Below are positions 8,384 to 17,210 of a stretch of 64,000 bases of DNA, piece after piece. Both the position numbers and the translations under genes were made by a program. The notes under the pieces are model-generated. The model was not told where the DNA came from. It did no database searches and saw nothing but the letters and a program-made list of their open reading frames with translations. Origin of the DNA: a virus; the IMG/VR virus record IMGVR_UViG_3300031656_000001. One strand, written 5' to 3'. The stretch's first letter is position 1. Each line of letters begins with the position of its first letter.

Positions 8384-11300
8384 TTATGAATTTCCACCAC
8401 CAAAGCCATTTTCTTTTAGAGCATCTATTGATGATTGATCTAACGTCACTGTCATTTTTGATGGCATTTTAGCAGGTTCTGCGGCAGCTGTGTTTTTATC
8501 TTTGAGTGGATTCATTGCTGCACCAACTGATGATACTGCATCTTTAATACCTTCGAATGCTGAATTACTAGATGTATTACCTTCTTCTACACTGCCTTTA
8601 AATTCTTGTAACATGTCTGCTAATCGTTGCATTGCTGATTCTAATGATTCACCCATTGCTGATAGAATATCTCCTGGAGAACCGCCTTCAGATAGAACTG
8701 CTAATGCTTCAAACATCTTTCTACTCTCTGTTAATTTAGTAAGATCCAATGAATTAATAGCTCCTTGAATTTTAGGGAAGTTTTCTCCAGCCTTTCCATA
8801 AGTAGCTGCTAATGCATGTTGCATTTTCATTTGATTATAATAACCAACAGATGCATCTCCTGCGTCAACTCTACCAAATAATAAATTAGAGAATATGTCA
8901 CCTGTTTCAGAATCCATTTTAGCATTTGCTATTGCAGGAATGGCGTTGCTCATTTTAGCGTATGTGTCACCTACTGCGATTGCAAGTTTCGTAGCATTAA
9001 ATAAAGTATTAGCATCTGATGTTTCACCTACTGTTGTAAAACCTGCAACTAAATTTTGTAAATCATTTTTAATTTTCGTACTGTCTATATCTTTGAATGC
9101 TACTAATTCTTTAACAACAGAACTTAATTTTTTATAAGGTTCTGATATTAAACTGATTACTTCAATACCCTTTTCAAATGCAGTGGTTCCTTGCCACCAA
9201 CTTGATGTTTTAGATTTACCACCACCAATTGCCGTAAATGTATCGGTAAGCGCTTCTATTAATAATTGAGTATTAGTACCTATTTTCTTTTTTAAAGCAC
9301 CTGGTTTCATGTCACTTAGACTTGTCCATCCAGTTGCTTTACCATCAGCGTCGTATCCATCTGCAAATTTCATATCTGCCATATTTTGAACACCTTCTGC
9401 TAAATTCTTAAGCGGTAATCCTAATGCGTTAACTACTTTGGTTCCTTTTTCAAATGAGGTGGATCCTTGCCACCATTTAGAAGTTTTACCGGCGCCGATT
9501 TCAGCGAAGGTTCCACTCAGTGCTGTTACTATTAATTTAGTATTATCTGCAACTCTTTGTGCGTTTGCTGAAAGATTTGAAATTTTAGCATATTTTGTTG
9601 GTTTTCCTTCTTTATCCCATGCTATTGGGAAATTAAGATTTGCCATTGCTTGGAATCCTAAAGCTACGCCAGTAAGCGCTCCTCCCATTCCCATCACAGC
9701 TGAAATACCATCAGCTACTGGAGATGGTGTTCCACCTCCAAATACAGATTCCCATAGTGATTTTTTACCACCTGGAAATTCTGTTCCTATATCTCCAAAT
9801 ACTTTTGCTAAAACACGAGTGATCATAGCTGCGTTTGCAGCAACTCGTACTGGTGCGTCTGAATCCATTGATTCATATTTAGTAGGTTTACCGTCTTTAT
9901 CGTATTCTACTGGGAATCTAAGATTGGCCATGTTTTGCATACCAACTGCTATATTGGTAAGAGCTGCGCCCATTCCCATTACAGCTTTAATACCATCAGC
10001 TACTGGATTACTACCGAATAAGAATCCTCCTTTGTGTTTATTACCTATTCTTGCAAATGTCTCTGATAATATACTTGTCATGAACATTACATTCACTGCT
10101 AATACATTAGTATCTATGCCTTCTGATAATTTTTGAAATTCGACTAAACCAATTGCTATAGAATTTAAAGCCTTTCCAACTAATATCATAGCTGCAGACC
10201 CTGCAATTACTAATGGAATTGTAAATGGATTAAGAGCAAATGAATCTCTCATAGATTCTATCATAACTTCTAAATATGTCTTTGGTCTTCCACCACCAAT
10301 TCCCATAAAGCCTTCTGTTTCTTGTCCTGAAGGTGCAAATAAACCTGTACCTGTGAATAATTTTTTGAAATTAATAGATGCTAATGGAGTGATTCCTTTT
10401 CCAATAGCAAACAATGCACCACCGGCGATTGCCATTGCTGCTGAACCTGCTATTATAAATGGAGAAGCTAAACCGGCACCTGCCATGGCAAGACCTACTC
10501 CAACAACTATTGCACCCATCATACCAACATGTTCCCATGTTAAATCTTTAATTGCTGCACCGAAAACCGATACACCTAACCCTATTGGTAGTAAAGCAAG
10601 TCCGGCTACTGCCATTGCTGCTGAACCTAATACAATTGCTAGTGGTATTGGACCTATTCCTGCTACTCCAAATGCTACTGCTAAGCCACCTATAATTGCA
10701 CCCATCATACCGATGTGTTTCCATTCTAAGTCTTTAACTGCCCAGCCCATTACTGCCACACCAATTCCTATTGCTATTAACGATATTGCTGCAAAGCCCA
10801 TTGCTATTGCACCTTTTTTAATTTGTTTGTGTGCTAAACCTGCAACTGCCATTACTATTCCTATACCTGCAATAACTGCAAGTACTTTATACGATGTTAA
10901 AACATCATCTCCTGTCATATTACCTAAAACCATTTGCATGATCCAAATAGCTACAGAAAGTGCAACGATTGCTCCGGCTGCAAATATAAGAGCCTTAGCT
11001 CCTTTTCTAATTTGTTTACCAGCTAATCCAATAACACCGAATACTACTGCTATACCTGCCACAATTAACATGACTTTCGCTACTTCTTCAAAACCAATAC
11101 TTCCTAATATAAGGTGAGATAATACTAATGCTATAGATACTGACAATATTGCTCCTGCAGCAAATATAAGTGCTAAGCCTGTTTTTTTCATTGATTTATC
11201 AACTTGCATCTTATCTAATAACCAGAACATTGCACCGATTGTTAATACAACCATCACTGCTGTTCCTAATCCTGCTAAAACATAAGATCCAATAAATCCT

Positions 11301-12070
11301 ATCAACACAAGTGTTAAACTAAGTCCTAATAAACCAAGTGCTAGTGATTTTAATGCATTTCCAAGTTTTTTGATACCCTTTGGATCTAGTCCCATTTTAT
11401 CTAGTACCATTAACATCAATCCGAATCCTAGTAATATTGCACCTGCTACTAATAATCCCTTTAATGCATAAGGTGCTAATAACGCAACTAATACTAAACT
11501 CACTGATAGTATCATTAAAGCTTTACCTACATCACCAAGTGCTGCAATGTTTTTTAATCCTTTCTTAGTTAATTTCTTAGTAGCCCACATTAGACCGTCT
11601 ACCATTAATTTAATTAGTGGTACTGTTACTATCATTGCGAGTCCTGCAAGAATTAATAGCGGTAATGCTAATATCATTAATCCTGCAAACTTTAATATTG
11701 ACCAACCTACATCACCAAGTGATAGAAGACCGTTAGTCAGCGCTTCCATTTTTATTTTAAGTTCTTCACCGTCTGGTGCACGATTCAATGAATCTACAAT
11801 TATACCTAAACCAAGTCCAATAGGTTCTAATGCACCTGAAGTAATTCTAAGTACTAATGCTTCTTTAATAGAAAGTTTGCTGCTTCCACCTGAGGCCTTG
11901 CCGCCCTTTAGCGCTTTGACAAGTTCATCAATTTTTTTGTACAGGTCACCACCTACAGAAACCGATGTTGCTGTTTTCTGGGTATTAACTGTTATCTGTT
12001 CTAAGAATTTATTACCTGAACCCATTCTTTCGAATGCGCTGGCTAAAAATGGTGGTATTAGTGCTGCCAA
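8384..12070 (-). CDS. tail tape measure / baseplate hub-length protein
   Basis: 1228 aa, Ala/Gly-rich, with many hydrophobic helices and internal repeats; lies after tube and chaperone-like genes. Confidence 0.7.
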   Translation of the reverse strand: MAALIPPFLASAFERMGSGNKFLEQITVNTQKTATSVSVGGDLYKKIDELVKALKGGKASGGSSKLSIKEALVLRITSGALEPIGLGLGIIVDSLNRAPDGEELKIKMEALTNGLLSLGDVGWSILKFAGLMILALPLLILAGLAMIVTVPLIKLMVDGLMWATKKLTKKGLKNIAALGDVGKALMILSVSLVLVALLAPYALKGLLVAGAILLGFGLMLMVLDKMGLDPKGIKKLGNALKSLALGLLGLSLTLVLIGFIGSYVLAGLGTAVMVVLTIGAMFWLLDKMQVDKSMKKTGLALIFAAGAILSVSIALVLSHLILGSIGFEEVAKVMLIVAGIAVVFGVIGLAGKQIRKGAKALIFAAGAIVALSVAIWIMQMVLGNMTGDDVLTSYKVLAVIAGIGIVMAVAGLAHKQIKKGAIAMGFAAISLIAIGIGVAVMGWAVKDLEWKHIGMMGAIIGGLAVAFGVAGIGPIPLAIVLGSAAMAVAGLALLPIGLGVSVFGAAIKDLTWEHVGMMGAIVVGVGLAMAGAGLASPFIIAGSAAMAIAGGALFAIGKGITPLASINFKKLFTGTGLFAPSGQETEGFMGIGGGRPKTYLEVMIESMRDSFALNPFTIPLVIAGSAAMILVGKALNSIAIGLVEFQKLSEGIDTNVLAVNVMFMTSILSETFARIGNKHKGGFLFGSNPVADGIKAVMGMGAALTNIAVGMQNMANLRFPVEYDKDGKPTKYESMDSDAPVRVAANAAMITRVLAKVFGDIGTEFPGGKKSLWESVFGGGTPSPVADGISAVMGMGGALTGVALGFQAMANLNFPIAWDKEGKPTKYAKISNLSANAQRVADNTKLIVTALSGTFAEIGAGKTSKWWQGSTSFEKGTKVVNALGLPLKNLAEGVQNMADMKFADGYDADGKATGWTSLSDMKPGALKKKIGTNTQLLIEALTDTFTAIGGGKSKTSSWWQGTTAFEKGIEVISLISEPYKKLSSVVKELVAFKDIDSTKIKNDLQNLVAGFTTVGETSDANTLFNATKLAIAVGDTYAKMSNAIPAIANAKMDSETGDIFSNLLFGRVDAGDASVGYYNQMKMQHALAATYGKAGENFPKIQGAINSLDLTKLTESRKMFEALAVLSEGGSPGDILSAMGESLESAMQRLADMLQEFKGSVEEGNTSSNSAFEGIKDAVSSVGAAMNPLKDKNTAAAEPAKMPSKMTVTLDQSSIDALKENGFGGGNS

Positions 12071-12135
12071 TTTATGTGTATATCTTTTTTAGTATAAAAC
12101 AAACGCTACTAATGTAGCGTTTGTCTATGTACTCT

Positions 12136-12145
12136 TTATATATCT
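12136..12145 (-). promoter_or_regulatory. late promoter AGATATATAA
   Basis: Recurrent motif upstream of the tape measure gene. Confidence 0.6.
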
Positions 12146-12514
12146 TTAGAATTTGGGCATCTTCATTGAAGGTGCACTCATCTGTGGGATCTTAGGCATC
12201 GAAGGCGTTTTGTACTTAGAGCTCATATCGCTCTGTTGCTGCGCCGACTGTTCTTCCTGATCCTTGTTCTGATTATTCTTCTCTTTAATGTATTCCGAAA
12301 GATTCTTTAAATAATACCAAAACTCGTAGTAGTACATATTTTCGATCTCTGACGGTTGCATTCTGAGATGTATACCCAGATAGAACTTAGTCTTAAAGTA
12401 ATTCTCCAGCGAGATCTGAAATAATGAAAAGACTTTTGATGCCACCTGGGAAGTCAAGAGGGGCTTTCGCGATCTCCCCATCGAATTCCATTTCAAGTGT
12501 TGTTTCAACTCCAA
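12146..12514 (-). CDS. T4 gp51-like baseplate hub assembly/tail chaperone domain, possibly expressed by frameshift
   Basis: SLENYFKTKFYL...PSEIENMYYYEFWYYL resembles the gp51 pattern; overlaps the 3' end of the upstream gene; start uncertain. Confidence 0.6.
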   Translation of the reverse strand: MELKQHLKWNSMGRSRKPLLTSQVASKVFSLFQISLENYFKTKFYLGIHLRMQPSEIENMYYYEFWYYLKNLSEYIKEKNNQNKDQEEQSAQQQSDMSSKYKTPSMPKIPQMSAPSMKMPKF

Positions 12515-13397
12515 TTTTCATTTTTTCTGCTAGTCTATAGATAACCATGAATTTCTTTTCGTTCCATGCTTTATAGTCAACTTCTAAATTGAAAATTCTA
12601 GGTAAATTAAGTTGTCTCCAATCTGGCGTGATATACGGTAATATTTGTATAAATGCTTTATCGAATTCTATTTCTTTTTCCTGCCTGTCTTTTAAATACT
12701 TAGTTATTTCTTGCATTACACCAATTGAAGGTGGACGCATCATAACTTCACCAGCTGATCTAGTTTTAATAACATATGTTCTGTCTTTAGAACTATAGTA
12801 AGCTTCTATTTCAGTAGGGACTACTGTGGCAACTAAATATTTAGTTGCTAGTTCGATATCTACTGTTTTTTTAGTGTGTTCAGTTTTACCTTTAAGAATT
12901 AATTTATTCTCTGGTTCTGGAAAGGTAAGATCTCTAATAGTCAATAGAATTACAATTCTATCTTCTTCTAAAATATCCTTGTAAGATAATCTCTTATCGT
13001 TTGCAGTGATCTGAGTACACATCTCCACGATGTGATTCAATTTCTCTTCCATATCAATGTAGTTGTTCTCATCCATTGTAGAAAAGTGTCTAATTTCAGC
13101 AGCTCTCGCAGATCTGATTTTAATCACAGTATCACGTGGATAGAATTTACCCTTTGATGGCAGAGTTTCTTGATCAAGATTCATCCATCCTAAAAACTGG
13201 TCTGCAGACTTTTCAGGTCTTGCTTGTCCAAAGTTATCCATGTTGACTTTACCTAATCCATTAGAGTCTACTGTCTCTAGCATTTCTGCTGCGACCGTTT
13301 CAGTTGCTTGACTGTCAGTTGCCTTTGAGTTAATTTGATCTTTGGCTTCTAACATCGCTTTTGCAGCTTCTTCGTTTTTGTTTACTTTTTCGTTCAT
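12393..13397 (-). CDS. T4 gp26-like baseplate hub / tail assembly chaperone
   Basis: LPSKGKFYP...IKIRS...DILEEDRIVILLTIRDLTF; lies between tube and tape measure. Confidence 0.65.
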   Translation of the reverse strand: MNEKVNKNEEAAKAMLEAKDQINSKATDSQATETVAAEMLETVDSNGLGKVNMDNFGQARPEKSADQFLGWMNLDQETLPSKGKFYPRDTVIKIRSARAAEIRHFSTMDENNYIDMEEKLNHIVEMCTQITANDKRLSYKDILEEDRIVILLTIRDLTFPEPENKLILKGKTEHTKKTVDIELATKYLVATVVPTEIEAYYSSKDRTYVIKTRSAGEVMMRPPSIGVMQEITKYLKDRQEKEIEFDKAFIQILPYITPDWRQLNLPRIFNLEVDYKAWNEKKFMVIYRLAEKMKIGVETTLEMEFDGEIAKAPLDFPGGIKSLFIISDLAGELL

Positions 13398-13401
13398 GTT
13401 A

Positions 13402-13620
13402 TTATTTATTTAGATTTTTTAGCTTATTTTTAATAAAAGACTTCTGTTCGACGGCTTTGATACTTAATTCTCTTTTTATTAAATCTCGTATCCATGCGCT
13501 AACAGAAACTGGCCGGTTTTCAGTCTCCAACGCATCATTTAAAATACATCGATTAACTGCGGCCACTTCAATCTCGCTAAGAAGAACTTGAAGCTTTTTT
13601 GTTAATTTGTGGTTATTCAT
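13402..13620 (-). CDS. small putative ribbon-helix-helix DNA-binding protein
   Basis: KLQVLLSE strand, then a helix, then SVSAWIRDLIKREL. Confidence 0.5.
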   Translation of the reverse strand: MNNHKLTKKLQVLLSEIEVAAVNRCILNDALETENRPVSVSAWIRDLIKRELSIKAVEQKSFIKNKLKNLNK

Positions 13621-13660
13621 AATATTTTGGTATGTTAATAATATATTATATTTATTTTAC

Positions 13661-13696
13661 AAAAAATAAGAAGGTTTCTTGCGAAGCCTTCTTATT
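13661..13696 (-). terminator. intrinsic terminator after tail tube gene
   Basis: AATAAGAAGGCTT-loop-AACCTTCTTATT followed by a T tract. Confidence 0.65.
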
Positions 13697-13704
13697 AAGT
13701 TTAA

Positions 13705-14262
13705 TTAGTTTACTTCTTCTGCATATACATCAGATCTCCATGTGATATCTAATGTTTGTACATCTCCTGATGAATAATCAAGTGAATCTGTAAATGAAAG
13801 TCCTGAAATAATGAAACAGTCATCTAAAGTGATTTTTCTGAAAATATCACCTTCTCTGTTAAATTGAACTATTACAATTGTTCCTACATAATTCTTCTTC
13901 AAGCCCATTTCACCAGTTTCTGGATTATATTGTGCTCTGTACCATTGACGTAATGTTTTATATAAGTACGCTTGGTTAGAATCATTTAAGTTCAATGAAA
14001 AGTTAATAGCTACATCTATCGAAGTATCATCTACTGTACCAGCGAATGATCTAGTAGCTTGTTTATACTTTTGAGTGATAGGTGAAATATCTTTATGCAA
14101 TGCTGCTAATCCTCCAATAGTATTAACATGTTGCAATAATAGTTCTTGTCCAGCAACACCGTCTGGAGGTAAAATAGTTACCTCAAAAAGGTTAGCTTGT
14201 ACAGGTTCGAAGTTCTTCCCTTTCTTTTGTGTTTGATCTTCTGAATAGTGTGGTAATGCCAT
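13705..14262 (-). CDS. tail tube protein (gp19-like)
   Basis: NLFEV...LRQW...KKNYVGTIVIVQFNREG...LDYSS; follows the sheath gene. Confidence 0.8.
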   Translation of the reverse strand: MALPHYSEDQTQKKGKNFEPVQANLFEVTILPPDGVAGQELLLQHVNTIGGLAALHKDISPITQKYKQATRSFAGTVDDTSIDVAINFSLNLNDSNQAYLYKTLRQWYRAQYNPETGEMGLKKNYVGTIVIVQFNREGDIFRKITLDDCFIISGLSFTDSLDYSSGDVQTLDITWRSDVYAEEVN

Positions 14263-14280
14263 AATTTGTATGTGTTTATT

Positions 14281-14290
14281 TTATATATCT
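14281..14290 (-). promoter_or_regulatory. late promoter AGATATATAA
   Basis: Exact motif 19 nt upstream of the tube start. Confidence 0.65.
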
Positions 14291-14297
14291 TATTTTG

Positions 14298-17150
14298 TTA
14301 TGCAAAGTTCCCAGTTGCTATTTCTCCTGTATTCAAGATAGTTACTCTCGATACTAAGATTTCAAGACCTTTAACTGGCTCAACAAAAGTATCTAAAATA
14401 CCCATGTTGTGATCAATTACATCGTTAGTGTTGTTAGATCCATCCATGATGTTTCTATAATCGTATACACCTCCGTCTTTCTTAACTGATTCCATAAATG
14501 AATCTGCTAAAGTCTTAATCTCTAATCTAGTTTGAGCGTTATTGAACTCGAATAAATAGTTTTTCAAGATTTCTGCTAAACCATCTTCAATATAGATCAT
14601 CGCTTCTCTTACGTGAGCAGAAGATAATGCTGATTGAATTGATTGTTGTGCAGTTTTATTACCTTTAATAGTTAAACCAACTCCTCTTTCGAATACGATT
14701 GGGTTAATACCAAATGGCTCTAAGTTATCTCTATCATTTTTATCAAATGCAAATTCTAAACCTTGTACACCTGTACCTCCTACAACACCTCTTCTTGGTC
14801 CTGCAATAATAGACCATGGTAATGCGTCTAAATATTTGTCGATATAGTTGTTAGATACGTATGCTGCTGGTGGAATTACTTTAGTTCTACCGTTTTCTGA
14901 GATATTAAGTCCTGGTGAATAGTAGAAACCGAAGTTTGCACCTTCATTAAGACTTGGTAATGTATAGATTGCAGTAGGGTTAAGTTCTAAGTTTCCACCT
15001 GTTGCTACTAATCTTGTATCAAATGCTCCTAAAGAATTTTTGAAAGAAGGATTAGTTGCTGCTTTAAATTCTTTCACCATAGGTGCATTAAGAATTGCAG
15101 AAGCATTTTGTCTTTCTTTACATAATTGAGTAATTTCTTCTTTATTAAGAATAGTACCTGATTCTAAAGAACCAAATGTATCAACTACATATCTGAATGT
15201 TATTGCATCTTTGTCTATTAACGTATTAGATAAACCATTACCTGGTTTCAATTGAGTTAATAATTGAGAAATTGACTTTGGCTGTTGAGTTGCCGCCGCT
15301 AATGGGAACATTGTATAAGTTGTTGTACTTTCCTCATATCTCTTAAGTGTATATGCTGGTCTTTCAACAAGTTGTCTATGACATTGGAATTCATAAATAT
15401 TAGAAAGTGTATCGTCTGATACTGTCTTAATAATTCTTTTAATTCTAGCCAATTTACCGTCTTTTGCTGGTACATACATTCCTACTTTAACTGTCTTCCA
15501 ATCAAATGTATCATTTGCTACTAGAGAAGATAATTTAAATATTGGTGATCCAGATTCATGTATGAAACCATAACCGCTTAATTGTGTAGGTAATATTACT
15601 GCTCTAGTATTTGGTGCAATTGTAGTAAATTCAAAACTTGTACTAGCTGTTCTTGCTTTTGCTGTAATTGATGTTGCTATTGGTGCTGCGTATGTTGAAC
15701 TAAATGATCCTCCACCTGCGGCTACAATTCTTATAACGTTTCCGTTAGGTGACGAGTATTCTTCGTCTAATGTTGCGATAGCTATATAATCTACACCGTT
15801 TGATGCTAATAAGAAGTTACCTTGTACAACACCGTTTGCTGCGATTAATGCACCTGCGTTAATTCCGTTACCTGCAGGGCTTGCAATATGTATTTCTCCG
15901 TCAACAACAGTTACTGCTCCTGAATTAAAAGTACCTGCAGTAAGATCTGCAAATTCTTCATATACATTTGGTTTAATATTTGCTTCTGTTGTAATTCTAA
16001 CATCTCCTGCATCTTGAGCAATTGAAGAAATCTTTGTAAATTCTCCTGCAACTGCTGCTCTTAAATATCCGTTGTCACTAATACCTGCTGTTAGTAAATC
16101 ACCAATTGTTGCAGTTTTTAAAACTACTTCATTTGCAGAAACTTCTGTTATTTTATCAGTTGGAATAGCATTAGGTGTTGCATCTTGTTCAACTCTATGT
16201 GATAATACCTTGTAATCTTGATAGATGTTAAAGTCATTACCAACGAAATCGATAGAACCTAAAGCTTCTTCATTGATTGCACAGAATAAACCTGTTCTTC
16301 TTGCTTCCAAGTTAATTAAAGTCTCAATGTATAATTGACGACCTTCTTGATCTTGAAATTCAGGAATAACTGATCCAGAATATTGTGCTACTAAACTAAC
16401 TTCTCTCAAAGCTGTAAAGCTAGCTAATTTAGATCTTTCTAAACCTTTTTCAGTAAAGAATGCACCGTATGTAGGGTCATTTTGTAATATAGAAGCATCG
16501 AAAGATCCTTTAAATACAAATACGTCTACCATGTAATCAGATACGTAATCTAAATCTTCAATACCTTCTGGTACGTTTCCTTCACCATACCATTCTCTTG
16601 CTGTCATTTCAAAACCTGCAGTATTAGCAGCTTGTCTTATGATAACTGTAATAGGTTCTTGTTTGATGTTCGCGAATGAAATTGCGTTGTCTGAAGTTGC
16701 AGAAATATTATTTGCTGCTGTTAATGTTTTTATATCAGATGGTACCCAAAATTTATCTGTATCAAACACTGTACTGTATTGAACCGATGCCGTTGTAGCT
16801 GCTAATCCTTCTTGTGAAGAGTTAGTTGCTGGCGATACCAATGCAATTCTGTCTGCTGCGTCTTTTACTGTTAAATTTAAAGCCAAGATCGGTCCTCTTG
16901 AAAGAGTTTCGATACATGATCTGTGGAAATACATACCTTTCTTTTCTAAAGATTTGTCGATACCACCGAATACTTGAGTGAATTGCTCAATATTTTCAAT
17001 AAATACCGGAGTGTTATAAGGTCCTTTTTTAGAGGATCCTACAACTAATCTAATAGTTTCTGCTGGAATGTTTACCGTTTGTGATTTGTCAAACTCTAAG
17101 CGATATACGCCTGAGCTCTTGAACTGTAGTAATTGAGGACTTAGTGCCAT
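14298..17150 (-). CDS. contractile tail sheath protein (gp18-like)
   Basis: SSGVYRLEFDKS, KKGPYNTPV, PWSIIAGPRRG, INPI, FEFNNAQTR. Confidence 0.9.
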   Translation of the reverse strand: MALSPQLLQFKSSGVYRLEFDKSQTVNIPAETIRLVVGSSKKGPYNTPVFIENIEQFTQVFGGIDKSLEKKGMYFHRSCIETLSRGPILALNLTVKDAADRIALVSPATNSSQEGLAATTASVQYSTVFDTDKFWVPSDIKTLTAANNISATSDNAISFANIKQEPITVIIRQAANTAGFEMTAREWYGEGNVPEGIEDLDYVSDYMVDVFVFKGSFDASILQNDPTYGAFFTEKGLERSKLASFTALREVSLVAQYSGSVIPEFQDQEGRQLYIETLINLEARRTGLFCAINEEALGSIDFVGNDFNIYQDYKVLSHRVEQDATPNAIPTDKITEVSANEVVLKTATIGDLLTAGISDNGYLRAAVAGEFTKISSIAQDAGDVRITTEANIKPNVYEEFADLTAGTFNSGAVTVVDGEIHIASPAGNGINAGALIAANGVVQGNFLLASNGVDYIAIATLDEEYSSPNGNVIRIVAAGGGSFSSTYAAPIATSITAKARTASTSFEFTTIAPNTRAVILPTQLSGYGFIHESGSPIFKLSSLVANDTFDWKTVKVGMYVPAKDGKLARIKRIIKTVSDDTLSNIYEFQCHRQLVERPAYTLKRYEESTTTYTMFPLAAATQQPKSISQLLTQLKPGNGLSNTLIDKDAITFRYVVDTFGSLESGTILNKEEITQLCKERQNASAILNAPMVKEFKAATNPSFKNSLGAFDTRLVATGGNLELNPTAIYTLPSLNEGANFGFYYSPGLNISENGRTKVIPPAAYVSNNYIDKYLDALPWSIIAGPRRGVVGGTGVQGLEFAFDKNDRDNLEPFGINPIVFERGVGLTIKGNKTAQQSIQSALSSAHVREAMIYIEDGLAEILKNYLFEFNNAQTRLEIKTLADSFMESVKKDGGVYDYRNIMDGSNNTNDVIDHNMGILDTFVEPVKGLEILVSRVTILNTGEIATGNFA

Positions 17151-17180
17151 AATTTTTCTATTTTTGTTTTTTTACTTTTA

Positions 17181-17190
17181 TTATATATCT
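17181..17190 (-). promoter_or_regulatory. late promoter AGATATATAA
   Basis: Exact motif upstream of the sheath gene. Confidence 0.65.
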
Positions 17191-17210
17191 ACTCTTATTT
17201 CGAAATTTAT

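Noticed and set aside
8490-12092. Long + strand ORFs (e.g. 9438..10136, 10353..11117) opposite the tape measure, and similar ones elsewhere
   Set aside because: They are antisense shadows of codon-biased - strand genes, with no motifs or start signals
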